A stretch of DNA of 64,000 nucleotides from Eledone cirrhosa (GCA_964016885.1 OZ024758.1:31186001-31250000); one strand, 5' to 3'; shown: positions 33,920-49,041, counted from the first letter of the stretch. A program made the numbers and translations. Notes: generated from the letters alone by a model not told the origin.

Positions 33920-35735
33920 TGGGCACATTCCTTGTGATGGAGTTTTCAGCATAACTGGCTACAACTTGTTTCGTAAAGACCGCATTAATCGTGGTGGTGG
34001 TGGTGGTGGTGGTGTAATGGTTTGCGTTCGGTCAAACTTTTCAGCAATCACTTGCATTGATTTGAACCAATCACAACAAGAAGTATTTTTCTGCTATATA
34101 CATATGACCACGTCAACACTGCTACTTGGAGTTTTTTACCGCCCCCCAAATTACTATTCGGACAAACAGCTTTTTGGTATCCTCAGAGCTGCTGCCAGGA
34201 AAACAGCCACTTATGTTTTTATTGCAGGGGACTTCAATCACTCTGAGATTAATTGGGAAACCTTTCGTTGGCCGCAAAGAACAAATGATTTCCTTGAACT
34301 AGTGCTGGACTCGAACTGGTCCCAAGTAGTCACCTCCCCAACAAGAAGTGACAACACTTTGGATCTATTCTTTACCACTTCTCCTGAAACGGTTATTAGT
34401 GTTACTACTGAGGAACCTTTAGGTGACTCTGATCATGCTATGATCATTACCAATCTGTGTCTCTTGTGGGCAGTAACAAAAACCACAACCATCTCCAAAA
34501 TGCTCGCTTTGACTGTAATAAAGCAGACTGGAACTATTACTGCACCGAGCTGCAACACCCAAACTGGCTTGAATTTTAAGACTCTGGGTATGTGAACACT
34601 ATACTTCAGAACATCCTGAACTCAATATGGACTGCATGTGCAGCATCAGTTCCACATAAGTAGAACGCCCCCCAGCCCCAGTACAATTTGGGAGACTGCA
34701 GCGGTCCGACTTGCCAGGAAAGAACGTCGTAATTCTGAAAGGGAATACGAACTGCATAAATCAGATATCAATAGAAAGAAGTGAAATAAATCATCCAGTC
34801 ATCTCAAGCAGGTGACAAAAAGGCGGTGCTTGAATTTGAACAGCGCATAGCAACCAGCCCTGACAGTAAGGTGTTCTGGAAATATGTACATTCAAAGCAG
34901 AGACCTCACTCTCCAGTCGCTCCTTTTCGCAATCCCCACGCAAACCAGATTACTGACGACCCCAAGAAAAGCACAATACTAAATGCTATGAAGGCATTTT
35001 CACTATTGAAAACCAAAACGTATCATCTCCACCACCTCTGACATCAAATTCTATAAAACCTTCATTGCTGCGACGTCACCTTAAAAATAAACGCAACCAT
35101 GTCTCTCTTGGTCTTGATGGTGTTGCGTACCTGCTTCTCAAACGTGGTGGGTACTTCCTTCTGCACCAGTTATCACTCTTCTTTTAATTCTGTCTTAGCA
35201 ATGGTGCTACTCCGGAGCAGTGGAAAACTGCCAGTATCATTGTTCAAAAAGGGTGACTGCACGTCGCCTGTTAACTATCGTCCAGTCTGTCTTACTAGCT
35301 GCATTGCCAAACTGATGGAATCCTGTGTCAGAGAAACACTCTGGAACTTCTGGAATTCTCACAGTCTGGATGTATTCTCACAATTTGGATGTATCCCTAA
35401 CTCCAGCTGCTGTGATCAACTTATCGAGTTTCCTGAAGACATCACCCGGATCACTGATGGCGGTTCATGGGTGGATGTTGTTTACTTTGACTTTACGAAA
35501 GCTTTCAATTCTGTGCCACACAAAAGGCTTATGGCAAAACTCTCTGCAATGGGTGTGAAGGATGATCTTTTTAACTGGTTGAAGTCCTTCATTCTCAGTC
35601 GAAGAGAGGTAGTCACGGTTCTAGTACAGCATTCCTCACCATATGAGATGTCATCTGGTGTACCACAGGGATCTGTTCTTGGCCCCATTTTGTTTGTGGC
35701 ATATATTAATGACATATATGCCAACTTAAAGAATG
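33920..35735 (+). pseudogene. Decayed CR1/L2-group LINE ORF2 (APE + RT)
   Basis: APE motifs GYNLFRKDR..GGGV, YRPP, GDFN, PTR..N.LDL and SDH. RT motifs NYRPVCLTS, DFTKAF and GVPQGSVLGP.LF..YIND. It has stops and frameshifts and is cut by microsatellite before the catalytic DD. Confidence 0.85.
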
Positions 35736-35781
35736 CATATATATACATATATGCATATATACGCGCGCACACACACACGCT

Positions 35782-36588
<807 letters not shown>

Positions 36589-36679
36589 CCACATCCATGA
36601 TGCTCAAGCTTAAGTATCAAGTGGTGGCATTACTCGAAATTGAGTTGCAGCCATCAATCAACCTTATATATGTATGTCA

Positions 36680-37275
36680 GTTGGTGCTACTGGTAACATG
36701 TATCCCAGTACAACCTGTCTCATGGTCGGGTCGTTGGCAACTAAACTGGCAACCCCACCAAGGTTTCTTGGTGAGGAGGGTGACTTTGGACATCCTGCAG
36801 GACTAAAAACAAAACCTGTCAAAGGGCAAAGGAGCTCTTAAGAGTCAATGGCCATCCAAAATCACCTGGAGAGATGACCCCTTAGCCTTTGTCAAGGCAG
36901 AATTCTAGGAGAAGGAAAACTCTGATATAACACCTGCAACCCTGATGGTATCCAATGATGTTGACTTGTTCTTTTTTTGGTAAATATCATCTTGGGTAAG
37001 AGAGTGGGACTGGCTTTGTACAGTGCCTTTGCTCACTATAAAAGCTTCGCGGCACAGGCATTGCTTTATATCTGGAGATCTCTCTGTACTTGTCGTCACA
37101 TGGTACCATGGGCACAGCACTATGTGTCAATAATTGTCACAAGTGTAGTGTTTGTACCATAGTTTTCAAGTCGCTGGCTGGACTAAAAAGTCACACTCGT
37201 TCAGCGCATCGGTAGGGGTTCTCCTACATGGATATAAAGTAGTGGCCGTACTCGAAAACGAGTTGGGAGCCACCA
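36680..37275 (+). mobile_element. RTE-derived bipartite non-autonomous element with (TATG)n tail
   Basis: The RTE 5'-UTR-type motif taggagaaggaaaactctga is fused to a terminal C2H2 remnant (CSVCTIVFKSLAGLKSHTRSAHR*), a 3' hairpin and (TATG)n. Confidence 0.7.
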
Positions 37276-37770
37276 TGTATGTATGTATGTGTGTGTATGT
37301 ATGTATGTATTTGTGTATGTATGTATGTGAGTGTGTGTGTATGTATGTGTGTATGTATGTATGTGTGTGTGTATGTATGTATGCATGTGTGTGTATGTGT
37401 GTATGTATATATATGTATGTGTGTGTGCATGTGTGTGTGTGTATATATGTATATATATATATAATATATATATATATATATACACACAACCCTTGTATCA
37501 TAGACACCCTATATATTTCCAGGGGTACTTAGTACCTGTGGGCATATTAACTTCTTTTAATTATCTCCATTATGTAGAGAACAAATCTGTTGTTCTATTT
37601 AGCTGCTATTTTTAGTGGCGAGGTAGACAACACGTTTATGTTTACTTCCGCTTATACTACGGACTGGTTAATGTACAGGTCAAATTTTCGGCCCCATTCG
37701 ATCCTGTGCTAGCTGGCAGATAGCAATATATTTTGCCGTTCCTGGGACTTTTAGGCCTAGGAAAGGAAAA

Positions 37771-37854
37771 TGCTTTCTGATGATCTAAACTTTTCCATTG
37801 GAAGTCCCCATCGATCTCCAATCGTTTGTGAAGTGAAACCGATCGGTAAAAGCA
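37771..37854 (+). ncRNA. Type I hammerhead ribozyme
   Basis: tgcttt-CTGATGA-(51-nt stem II region)-GAAA-ccgatcgg-TA-aaagca. Confidence 0.75.
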
Positions 37855-37932
37855 ATTGGAATAGGTAAATATTTAAATTATATTTTTTTATGTTTTTTAA
37901 AATTGTTTGAATCTTGCTTGCTCCGCTTATCT

Positions 37933-38032
<100 letters not shown>

Positions 38033-38616
38033 TACATATATATATATATACACACACATACATACATACACACATTCATATACACACATACATACACACA
38101 CACACATACATACACACATACGCACACATACATACATACACACACATACATACATACTCTCATACACACATACACACACACATACATACACACACACTCA
38201 CATACATACATACACACATACATACATACACACACACATACATACATACATACATACATACATACATACATACATACATACATACGTAAAACTTTGTGAA
38301 ATTATAAAACCAGAACATACATACATGGAACAGTAAAAATATGTAAAACATCCCCAAAATTTTGCATCTAATAACTGCATATACACATGTACAGATGCAA
38401 AGCATATACACATGCACACATATAACTCAAAAACATACACATCCACACTTATAATAACATCCATATCTACACATGCAGACATACATACATATCTACCTAG
38501 TTGATGTTATATAAATTCCAATGAGAGAGTCTTGTGTCTATGTTAGAAACCGACTCTCTCTCTATTGGTAAAACTTTGTGAAATTATAAAATCAGAAGAA
38601 CATACATACATACATA

Positions 38617-39027
38617 CATGGTGGCTGCCAACTCGTTTTCGAGTACGGTCACTACTTTATATCCATGTAGGAGAACCCCTACCGATGCGCTGAACGCGTG
38701 TAACTTTTTAGTCCAGCCAGCGACTTGAAAACTCTGGTACAAACACTACGCTTGTGACAATTATTGACACATAGTGCTAGGCCCATGGTACCATGTGACG
38801 ACAAGTGCAGAGAGATCTCCAGATATAAAGCAATGCCTGTGCCGTGAAGCTTTTATAGTGAGCAAAGGCACTGCACAAAGCCAGTCCCACTCTCTTAACC
38901 AAGATGATATTTACCAAAAAGAAGTACAAGTCAACATCATTGGATATCATGAGGGTTGCAGGTGTTATATCAGAGTTTTCCTTCTCCTAGAATTCTGCCT
39001 TGACAAAGGCTAAGGGGTCATCTCTCC
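38617..39027 (-). mobile_element. RTE-derived bipartite element (5'-truncated copy of 36868-37275)
   Basis: Near-identical reverse complement, with a (TACA)n flank. Confidence 0.8.
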
Positions 39028-39162
39028 AATACATACATACATACATACATACATACATACATACATACATACATACATACACACACACATACACACATAC
39101 ATACATACATACATACATACATACATACATACATACATACATACATACATACATACATACAT

Positions 39163-41012
39163 AAAGTCCCACAACCATTGGTAGCTGCTGTTGAACGCCT
39201 GACCAAGAACTGGTACACCAGTTTGATCCTTAGAGGTGAGAAGGAGCAGGTTAAGACTGATAAGATACATTACCAGAAGGGCATCTTTCAGGGTGATGGC
39301 TTGTCAGTGCTACTCTTCGTTCTCTCACTGAATCCACTATCTTACCTACTCAGGAAACAAGGTCGACAAAGAAGTGGGACCAGAAGTATCTCCCATCTTT
39401 TCTTTGTTGATGACCTGAAGTTGTATGGGCCAAATATCAATGACATCAAGAAACAATTGGACCTCATTACACAATTTTCAACCGACATCAAAATGAAATT
39501 TGGTGAGTCCAAGTGTGCATATTTGGCAGTAAAACGTGGAAGAGCTGTGCCCTCCTCTAGAAATCTAGAGATGAACGGCCTGACAATACAACCTCTGCAG
39601 TCAGGTGACAACTACAGATATCTTGGACAGGATGAGAATGTCAGATATGATGGACCCATAAATAAGGAGAGAACCAGAACTGAATACCTCAGAAGAGTAA
39701 AGAAAATATGGTCATCAGAACTGTCAGCATACAACAAATACATTGCCCACAATACTTATGCTGTGCCAATTCTAACGCCAACATTTGGCCTACTGAACTG
39801 GTCATTGCAAGAACTAAGTGAGATGGATGTTAGAACTCGAAAACTTCTCAGTGTTACTGGGAACTTTAACATCAATGGTGATGTGGATAGGCTATACTTC
39901 TCACGCAAGGAAGGTGGCCGGGGTCTAAAATCAATATTAACAACATATGAGACCCGGATAGTGACACTGAAGCAACACCTTCAACAGAGGAAAAAGGTTG
40001 GCAACCATCTTGCCCAGGTTTATGACCATGAAAAAAGAAATATCATTAGAATAGCGACTGATCTGGAGGAGAGATATGGAATAAAGCCCGATATAAATCT
40101 CTCACCCAGAGAAATCGGAAGATCCTATTCAATGTTCAAACAAGAAAAAAAAATTGACCAATTTACAGAAAAAGTTGTGCATGGATACTTGAGGCGTAAA
40201 ACACAGACCATAGAGGGGATAAACCACTCAAAAAGCCTGGCATGGAGTTCCGACAAGTTTATGACATCACACCTTGAGGGATATCTCTATGCAATACAGG
40301 AACAAGAACTCCCTACCAAATATCTGCTGCACAAAAGAGGAGGGCCAGCAGCTGACAATAAATGTAGGCTATGTAAAACAAAGATCGAGGATGTAAGCCA
40401 CATTGTTGCCAGCTGCGAAAGAATGTCATCTCGCTACTACCTCCCCATGAGACACGATGGGATAGCTAGAACCATCTGGAACGCACTTCGGAAAACAAAA
40501 TCAACAACAAACGAGGAAGAATATATTGAGACAGATAGCACTAAGGAATACTGGTGGAACCTGAAAATAAAAACTGCCACCAAATTAAAGCACAACCGGC
40601 CTGATATTGTAGTTTGGGACCACACATTGAAAACGTGTTCTGTTGTGGAGATCAGCTGCCCACTTGATGTAAACGTTGTCAGAAAAATACAGGAGAAGGA
40701 GGACATCTACGGACCATTGATGAGGAGTTTACAAATCCAGTATCCAAGATACACCTTTAGCTTCATACCCATCATTATTGGTGCTACGGGTTATATACCA
40801 ACCCGCTTGGACCAAAGTATGACTGAACTTGGATTTGCGGACAAAAAGCGCAGCTCCCTAATTCATAGTCTACAAATGGCTGCGATAGCTGGCACCTTCA
40901 AAATTTGCAAAACATTCTTGCGATTCAAGGGATGACAATTTCTTTTCTTTTACAACCTTGCCACCAGGAAGGTGGCCGGTCAAAAAATATACTCAAAATT
41001 AAGAGAAAGAGA
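39163..41012 (+). mobile_element. 5'-truncated R4/Dong-like RLE non-LTR retrotransposon; ORF 39178-40935 open
   Basis: RT motifs GIFQGD, HLFFVDDLK and YRYLG, a CCHC knuckle CRLC..ED..HI...C, and RLE motifs RPDIV..EIS..K. It is flanked by (TACA)n. Confidence 0.9.
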
Positions 41013-41027
41013 AAACATACATACATA

Positions 41028-41400
41028 AAGTTGATGGCTGCAACTCAATTTCGAGTAATGCCACCACTTGATACTTAAGCTTGAGCATCATGGATGTCGC
41101 TTTTTAGTCCTGTTAGGGACTTGCCTAAGGCCAGCAATACCCTGAATCGCAAAAAAGTCACATATCAAGCGATGCCTGTTCTTGAAGCTTTTTTAAGTGA
41201 GGAAAGGCTTTGCACGGATCAATCCCACTCTCTGAACATCAAATGCATTTTCCCAAAAAGCAGAACTGGTCTACATCATTGGATACAAACGATGTGGCAG
41301 GTTTTATATGGGAGTGACCTTCTCCTAGAAAAGAAAAGGAGTCTCTCGTTCCACAAAAAAAAAATTATTGGATGGCCAATGATTCTCCTGCGGAGGAACA
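41028..41400 (-). mobile_element. RTE-derived bipartite element, second subfamily (3' end also at 36585-36657, +)
   Basis: The minus strand has ctaggagaagg, ggactaaaaagcgac, a 3' hairpin and a (TATG) tail. Confidence 0.65.
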
Positions 41401-41624
41401 TAAATACATACAAACATCTAAAACCATACATACATACATGATGGCTGCCTCCTCCTTATCGAGTATGGCCATTGCACGAGGAGAAAAAAATATATATATT
41501 AATAGATAAATAAAAAAATAAAAAAATAAAAAAAAATAAATATATATATACACACATACATATACATATATACACACACATATATATATATACACACACA
41601 CATATACATTAATAACAATAATAA

Positions 41625-41807
41625 TAATTGTTTCTACTTTAGGCACAAGGCCAGCAATTATCCAGTTCATAACTGGTACTTTATTTTATCGACCCCGTAA
41701 GGATGAAAGGCAAAGTAAACCTCGGCAGGATTTGAACTCAGATCGTAAAGGGACGTAACTATGCTGGAAAGCATAGCGTCCGACCCTCTACCGATACTGC
41801 CAATCCA
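41625..41807 (-). mobile_element. tRNA/Deu-Nin SINE
   Basis: Same family as 10576-10759. Confidence 0.85.
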
Positions 41808-41894
41808 AATAATAATAACAACAATAATAATATACATATATATATACACACACACGCACACACATAAACATATCTATACACACACACACACGAT

Positions 41895-42515
41895 AGCAAC
41901 TAACAGCGCTGCGAACGAATGTAGCTTTTTAGCCCAGCCAATGATCTAAAATGTCTTGCACAGAGTCGGCAACCAAAACATTCACTGGGAATAGTCGGCT
42001 GTGGTTGGAGTTCGTGTACTTTTGTATGTCGCTTGAGTCCTCCTGCTGATTTACATTCTCTACCACATGTTTGGCAAGCATGATGAGTAGCATCTCCAAC
42101 AGCAGCCTGGTAGTCAACCACTGGTCTTACTTTATGACTGCGAAGATGACTTTCGAGTCCAGCTTTGCTTAGGCAGAGTCTCGTACAGACGCTGCATGTC
42201 AGCACCATAGGAGGACCCTCGCCGTCTGGAAGTGCAACAGCATTGCCCTTCCTCACATCTCGCTTTACTTTCTCGTATGCGATTCGAGATGCCTCAAAGG
42301 CAACTTTTCCCTCATATATAGTCTTTCTCCATTTATTATGATCAGCAGCAATATTTTCCCATGTATCAGCAGAGATGTTAGCGTCTTTCAAAGAGGCTTT
42401 CAAGGAATCCTTATACCTCTTTTTTGGTTTATGTGGCGGTCGTTTTCCTTTAACCAACTCTCCATAAAAGAGTTGTTTTGGTATTCTAGAATGCTTCATC
42501 CTGGCAAGGTGACCA
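41895..42515 (-). pseudogene. 3' fragment of RTE-clade LINE ORF with three C2H2 zinc fingers
   Basis: GHLARM..SRIPKQLFYGEL..GKR...PKKRYKD, then CSVC..HLRSH, CQTC..HTKVH and a degenerate CRLC finger. Confidence 0.85.
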
Positions 42516-42540
42516 CATACATACACACATACATACATAC

Positions 42541-45487
42541 AAACATCTAAAACCACGCAATCAAGATACAAACAAAAGGCCTGAATCAGTATGGATGCGA
42601 AATCTAAAAAGTAAAATTTTGTCCCTCAGACGAAGAATCTCACACATCGCAGTCGTTATGAAATGCAACATAGAGAGCAACTTCACACGACACCAGGAAG
42701 ACCTAAAAAAAACTTAGAGAGACGATTTGGAGATACAAAATTTAAAACTTTAAACTCCAAATTACACCAGTTGAAACAACAACTCACAGCTTCAACAGAA
42801 AGACTAAAATATAAGTCAACAGCAGAAATGGACTCTATTGATTGTATTACGTTTTCTCATGTATTAGGGTATAAATATTGAGTTTTCTCATAAGTTAATC
42901 ACTACCTTGAACGACAAGTGCTAAATAGATTGTTTGCCAGAGATCCTAAATCAGTTTATCGCAGCTTCGGTGGCAAAAGCTCAATCTCTGTAAATGACAC
43001 CCCTTCAAAGGAACAGGTTGAGAGCTACTGGAGATCTGTATGGGAAACGGATGACGGATTCAACAGACAAACTAATTGGCTAAAAGAACTGGAACAGGAC
43101 TACTGCCAATATGTCCAGACAAAACAATATGACATAGATGGGTCAATACTGGAAACAGCTCTACAGAAAATGTCGAATAGGAAATCACCAGGCCCAGACC
43201 TCATTACAGGATACTGTTTGAAGAATTTCACTTTCTATCGGCAAGATCTCATACGGTTGTTTACAGAAACCATTAAAGGCACACAAGAACTGCCCAGATG
43301 GTTATCAACTGCCACTACTCTCCTCATTCCCCAAAATAGCCAAACCACCCTTGCTAAAAATTACCGCCCAATAGCCTGCCAAAACATGATCTATAAATTA
43401 TATACTGGGTGCCTTAACCTGTTCTTACAGGATCACTGTGCTACCAACAACATCATAACATCTGAGCAAGCTGGTGGAAAGAGGGAGGTGTGGGGTTGCA
43501 TAGATCACCTACTAACTAATAAAATGATTCAAGAAAAAACAACAAAGAATCGCAGAAACATGACTGTGGTGTGGTTGGACTATCAAAAATCATTTGATAG
43601 TGTACCTCATGGGTGGATTGTTAAGGCTTTACAGTTAGCCAAAGTCCCACAGCCACTGGTAGCTTATGTTGAACGTCTGACCAAGAACTGGTACACCAAT
43701 TTGATCATTAGAGATGAGAAGGAGCAAGTTAAGACTGATAAGATACATTACCAGAAGGGCATCTTTCAGGGTGATAGCTTGTCAGTGCTACTCTTCGTTC
43801 TCTCACTAAATCCACTATCTTACCTACTCAGGAAACAAGGTGGACAAAGAAGTGGGTCCAGAAGTATCTCCCATCTTTTCTTTGTTGATGACCTGAAGTT
43901 GTATGGGCCAAATATCAATGACATCAAGAAACAATTGGACCTCATTACACAATTTTCAACAGATATCAAAATGAAATTTGGTGAGTCCAAGTGTGCATAT
44001 TTGGCAGTAAAACGTGGAAGAGCTGTGCCCTCCTCTAGAAATCTAGAGATGAACGGCCTGACAATACAACTTCTACAGTCAGGTGACAACTACAGATATC
44101 TTGGACAGGATGAGAATGTCAGCTATGAGGGACCCATAAATAAGGAGAGAACTGAATACCTCAACAGAGTAAAGAAAATATAGTCATCAGAACTGTCAGC
44201 GTACAACAAATACATTGCCCACAATACTTATGCTGTGCCAATTCTAACGCCAACATTTGGCCTGCTGAACTGGTCATTGCAAGAACTAAGTGACATGGAT
44301 GTTAGAACTTGTAAACTTCTTAGTGTTACTTGGAACTTTAACATCAATGGTGATGTGGATAGGCTATACTTCTCACGCAAGGAAGGTGGCCGGGCTCTAA
44401 AATCCATATTAACATCATATGAGACCCGGATAGTAACACTGAAGCAACACCTTCAACAGAGGAAAAAGGTTGGCAACCATCTTGCCCAGGTTTATGAGCA
44501 TGAAAAAAAAATATCATTAGAATAGCGACTGATCTGGAGGAGAGATATGGAATAAAGCCTGATATAAATCTCTCACCCAGAGAAATCGGAAGATCCTATT
44601 CAATGTTCAAACAAGATGAAAAATTGACCAATTTACAGAAAAAGTTGTGCATGGATACTTGAGACGTAAAACACGGACCATAGAGGGGATAAACCACCCA
44701 AAAAGCCTGGCATGGAGTTCCGACAAGTTTATGACATCACACCTTGAGGGATATCTCTATGCAATACAGGAACAAGAACTCCCTACCAAATAGCTGCTGC
44801 ACAAAAGGGGAGGGCCATCAGCTGACAATAAATGTAGGCTATGTAAAACAAAGATCGGGGATGTTAGCCACATTGTTGCCAGCTGCGAAAGAATGGCATC
44901 TCGCTAATACCTCCCCATGAGACACGATGGGATAGCTAGAACCATCTGGAACGCATTTCGGAAAACAAAATTAACAATAAACGAGGAAGAATATATTGAG
45001 ACAGATGGCACTAAGGAATACTGGTGGAGCCTGAAAATAAAAACTGCCACCAGATTAAAGCACAACCGGCCTGATATTGTTGTTTGGGACCACACATTGA
45101 AAACGTGTTCTGTTGTGGAGATCAGCTACCCACTTGATGTAAACGTTGTCAGAAAAATACAGGAGAAGGAGGACATCTACGGACCATTGATGAGGAGTTT
45201 ACAAATCCAGTATCCAAGATACACCTTTAGCTTCATACCCATCATTATTGGTGCTACGGGTTATATACCAACCCGCTTGGACCAAAGTATGACCGAACTT
45301 GGATTTGCGGACAATGAGCGCAGCTCCCTAATTCATAGTCTACAAATGGCTGCGATAGCTGACACCTTCAAAATTTGCAAAACATTCTTGCGATTCAAGG
45401 GATGACAATTTCTTTTCTTTTACAACCTTGCCACCAGGTAGGTGGCCGGTCAAAAAAATATACTCGAAATTAAAAGAAAGAGATAAC
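42541..45487 (+). mobile_element. Longer, disrupted copy of the R4/Dong-like RLE element
   Basis: ORF pieces 42918-44183, 44235-44525 and 44917-45405 nearly match 39178-40935. The 3' UTR is the same, and the flanks are (TACA)n. Confidence 0.9.
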
Positions 45488-46617
45488 ATACGTACATACA
45501 CACACACTATTCCGAAAATATCCATCCACAACTTCCACCTTATGTGAACAACTTAAATCAATCGAAAGCTTACGATGGCGTCGACCAGCGTTAGTCTTTA
45601 ATGCTTCGAATCAGTTTTCAGAAGATGAATTGCTGCAATGTTCAGCGGCATTTTCTCTGTAGTCAGAGTGAACGGTCATCTCTCGGAACCGTTCGACATC
45701 ATCCGCTCAGTCAGCCAAGAGCGTCTCCGTTCGTCCCTGCTGTACGTACTGACTCTATGTGTTACTACTGAACAAATTAGAGATGTTGAGAAGCATCCCG
45801 CGCGAACTAGAGTGTGATATATGCGTGGCACCATTGAGCTGATCGGCACCTATCTGAGGGAATATGAAGCGGACACGGGAAATGTAGGTGGGCCTGCGGC
45901 TCGTCACTTGGTGAGGCAGGTTCATGCCGTTCAACAGCAGGGCGACAAAATGGTCCTGTACACACTCGTCCACTGTCCGAACATTGCTGACTTGTGGGTT
46001 TATGTAGAACACCTGCTGTCACGTGTAGAACTGTGTAAGTCAACTTATACAGCTTCGTATGCAAATGGGGTTACTCAGCTCACCTACACACGAAAAAAAA
46101 CTATCGCCCTAGGGGAAGCACTGTCAGGAGCTTGAAATGCAATAGACACTTGTCACCCGCTGCTTCTGCCGGAAGCTAGACGGCACTAGCAGTCAACCTT
46201 TCAATATTCGTAGCTGGCTATCAAAATGTCTATTCATTAAACATACCGTAGATCTTTATATATACGAAATTCACATACTTGTATGTATACGGCTATGTCG
46301 GAGCTAAATGTATATATATATATATATATTTAAACTCCACTTCAATCCCTACAAAATCAATATAAAATAAAACCCTTTAAGGAATACTTATAAATACAAA
46401 ATATCAAGCAATTAACTTTATTCATCAGATATATTTACTGTGAATAAAATATTGATTGATTCTTGATTAGTTGTAGTGTTAAAGTTAAGTAACACGTTTC
46501 ATCTCCTATGTTATGTCTTACTTTCTTTTTCAAAACATGAAAATCTTACCTTGGAATGTCTTACCAATACATATTTCAGTCATTTTAAGCAATTTATCAA
46601 CAATTGTCTACATCATC

Positions 46618-46653
<36 letters not shown>

Positions 46654-46683
46654 GCGTTTGAGATTTTGAAGTAGTCGTTTATT

Positions 46684-46794
46684 GAAGAAGAAGAAGAAGA
46701 AGAAGAAGAAGAAGAAGAAGAAGAAGAAGAAGAAGAAGAAGAAGAAGAAGAAGAAGAAGAAGAAGAAGAAGAAGAAGAAGAAGAAGAAGAAGAA
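46684..46794. repeat. (GAA)n microsatellite
   Basis: A pure GAA run of about 110 bp. Confidence 0.98.
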
Positions 46795-48103
46795 GGGATG
46801 GAATAAAAGAAGGAATAGAAGGAAGGAGGGAGAAAGGCAGAAGGAGAAGGAGCAGAAAACGAAGGACGCAAAACAACAGCAAAAATCTTATCTGGTGGTG
46901 AATATTTCACACTCAATTATATTAGTTGGTTCTACTAACGATTGTCAAAATAATTATATAAAACGAAAGCAATAGTATCCTTGATATATACAATTACCTG
47001 ACGTTCCCATCCGCTTTATAATGTTGGTAATTATAGCTACAGTGTAATTAGCATTAATAAATACAATTGGCTACAAAGGAGTGTTTTTTTTTTTGTTGGT
47101 TTTGTTTTGTTTTTGTATAAGTTTTTTAAATACATTTCTGATGATGAATGTTCTATTTTCGAATTCACTGTAACTAAGTGAACAATTTCCTGTGCGATAA
47201 TTTAATTGTAGAGTATATTTCATGATTGAAACGTAGAGGCATAAAGTGAAAAACATCAATTCTAGAGTCTTGTGAATATTGAAATGAATTAGACGATTGC
47301 TTGAGTGAAATTTGAAAGATAGATGAAAAATGTCTGAATAATAAACGTTTCAAAACATTTGAATCGTATTTAACTTAGAATAATAATGAATAATGATCTC
47401 TTCATTCAATGAGATAGAAATAGAAGAGCTGTCACACTTCTAATTACAAATAGATTAGTAATGCTATGTTTTTGTTGATTAAAGAGAAAAATATGCTTTG
47501 AGTGTACAGATCTGAAAATCTTCAAATATTGAAAATATAAAATCAAGATGATAAAATCTAATATCAAAACTACATAGGTAAAACACATTTTTTTTGTAAT
47601 TTACCCAACAACTGTCTTTAAAATGTTTAATTATTTTTCTTTTTTCATTCATTTTTTTTTTGTATTAAAATCAAACGTTTATGTTTCTAATACATTCAAA
47701 AAGTGTATTTCGGACGAATTTCAAAACAAAATGAGATATTTGCAGTTTTATCTGAAATGATTTAATGAGAAATTATTTTTAATAATAAAAAAAAAAGATT
47801 AACAAACGCTGTAAATCAAAATACTTTTTATCTTATTTCTTTTGTATACAATATCATTTGTATAATATTCCAGTTGTTATTTGAATCATTTTTGCATTTT
47901 GTAACTTTTATCAAATCACTTTCTATTTACTTTCTTTATTTTCATATCGAAAATTGTCATATTCGGAAACCATTTAAATATGCGTTGCATTTTTTGCGAG
48001 GAATAGGACTGAAATACTTCTGATTGAAAGCGAGTCGTATCACTGTAGATAAATATATGAAGGGTAAAAGCTTGCTACTCGATTCACACACATCGACCAC
48101 GCT

Positions 48104-48178
<75 letters not shown>

Positions 48179-48348
48179 GGGCAAAGAAGCAGAAAAAAAG
48201 AAAAAACGAGAGCAAGAGAGTACACGGTAAGATCAAAGGATTCTAGTTTGAAGCTTAGAAGAGAAATTAATATGAAATGTTATGATCTACGTCCTCCATT
48301 GTATGATGGAGAGAGGAAGAAAAGATTGACATGATAATCGTTAGATAA

Positions 48349-48553
48349 GGGCTGTGGATTGGCAGTATGCGTCAGACAGCATGCTTGGTGGCATAGAGTT
48401 ATGGCCCTTTACGTTCTGAGTTCAAATCCCGCCTAGGTTAGCTTTCCCTTTCATCCTTAAGATAAAATAAAGTACCAGTAATGTACTGGGTCGATTTAAT
48501 CGACCTTCCCCTCCCCTTCAAATTGTTGGTTTTGTGCCTAATGTAGAAACAAA
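48349..48553 (+). mobile_element. tRNA/Deu-Nin SINE (diverged)
   Basis: ggattggcagtat..gagttcaaatccc..tcatcctt..gataaaataaagtaccag..gtagaaacaa. Confidence 0.75.
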
Positions 48554-49041
48554 TAGTTCATATAAAGACTATTGCAAATACCAGGAAAGTAGATTTCATC
48601 AAACTATCAGTATTTTTGTTGCTTTTTATTGAAATAGTATTTCGACCTTCAAAGTGAAGTGTTTCCCATGTTGATATCTAAGAAAATATGCAAAGACAGA
48701 CAATATAAACCGTAGAGGAAGATACATTATAAGCTCTAGAAATTAGGTCACAATCTTAAGAGACTGAAGATTTGAAAGCAATCACTTTAATTATCAAAAC
48801 GTAATCTACTTGAGTCACAAGAGCAATAACTTTGCTGAAGAAGAATCGATACTGACAAGGTGGGTGATATTCTTATATTCTTTTATTGATTTCAGTCATT
48901 TGATTAAGGTCAATGGATTTAGACAATTATATCGAGCCCACTACTTAGTTTGATGCTCATTTTAGCGCTGTCTACTCATCAAATCACTACGGTCACTGTC
49001 TTAAGTTACGTTACCTTTTAAGGGGATACTTCACTTGGGGT

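Noticed and set aside
45500-46140. GC-richer island with short ORFs, possibly a Tc1/mariner transposase relic
   Set aside because: It only vaguely resembles QDGA/WPP motifs, and no TIRs were identified.
46608-46975. Poly-S, poly-L and poly-K ORFs
   Set aside because: These are reading frames of the (GAA)n microsatellite.
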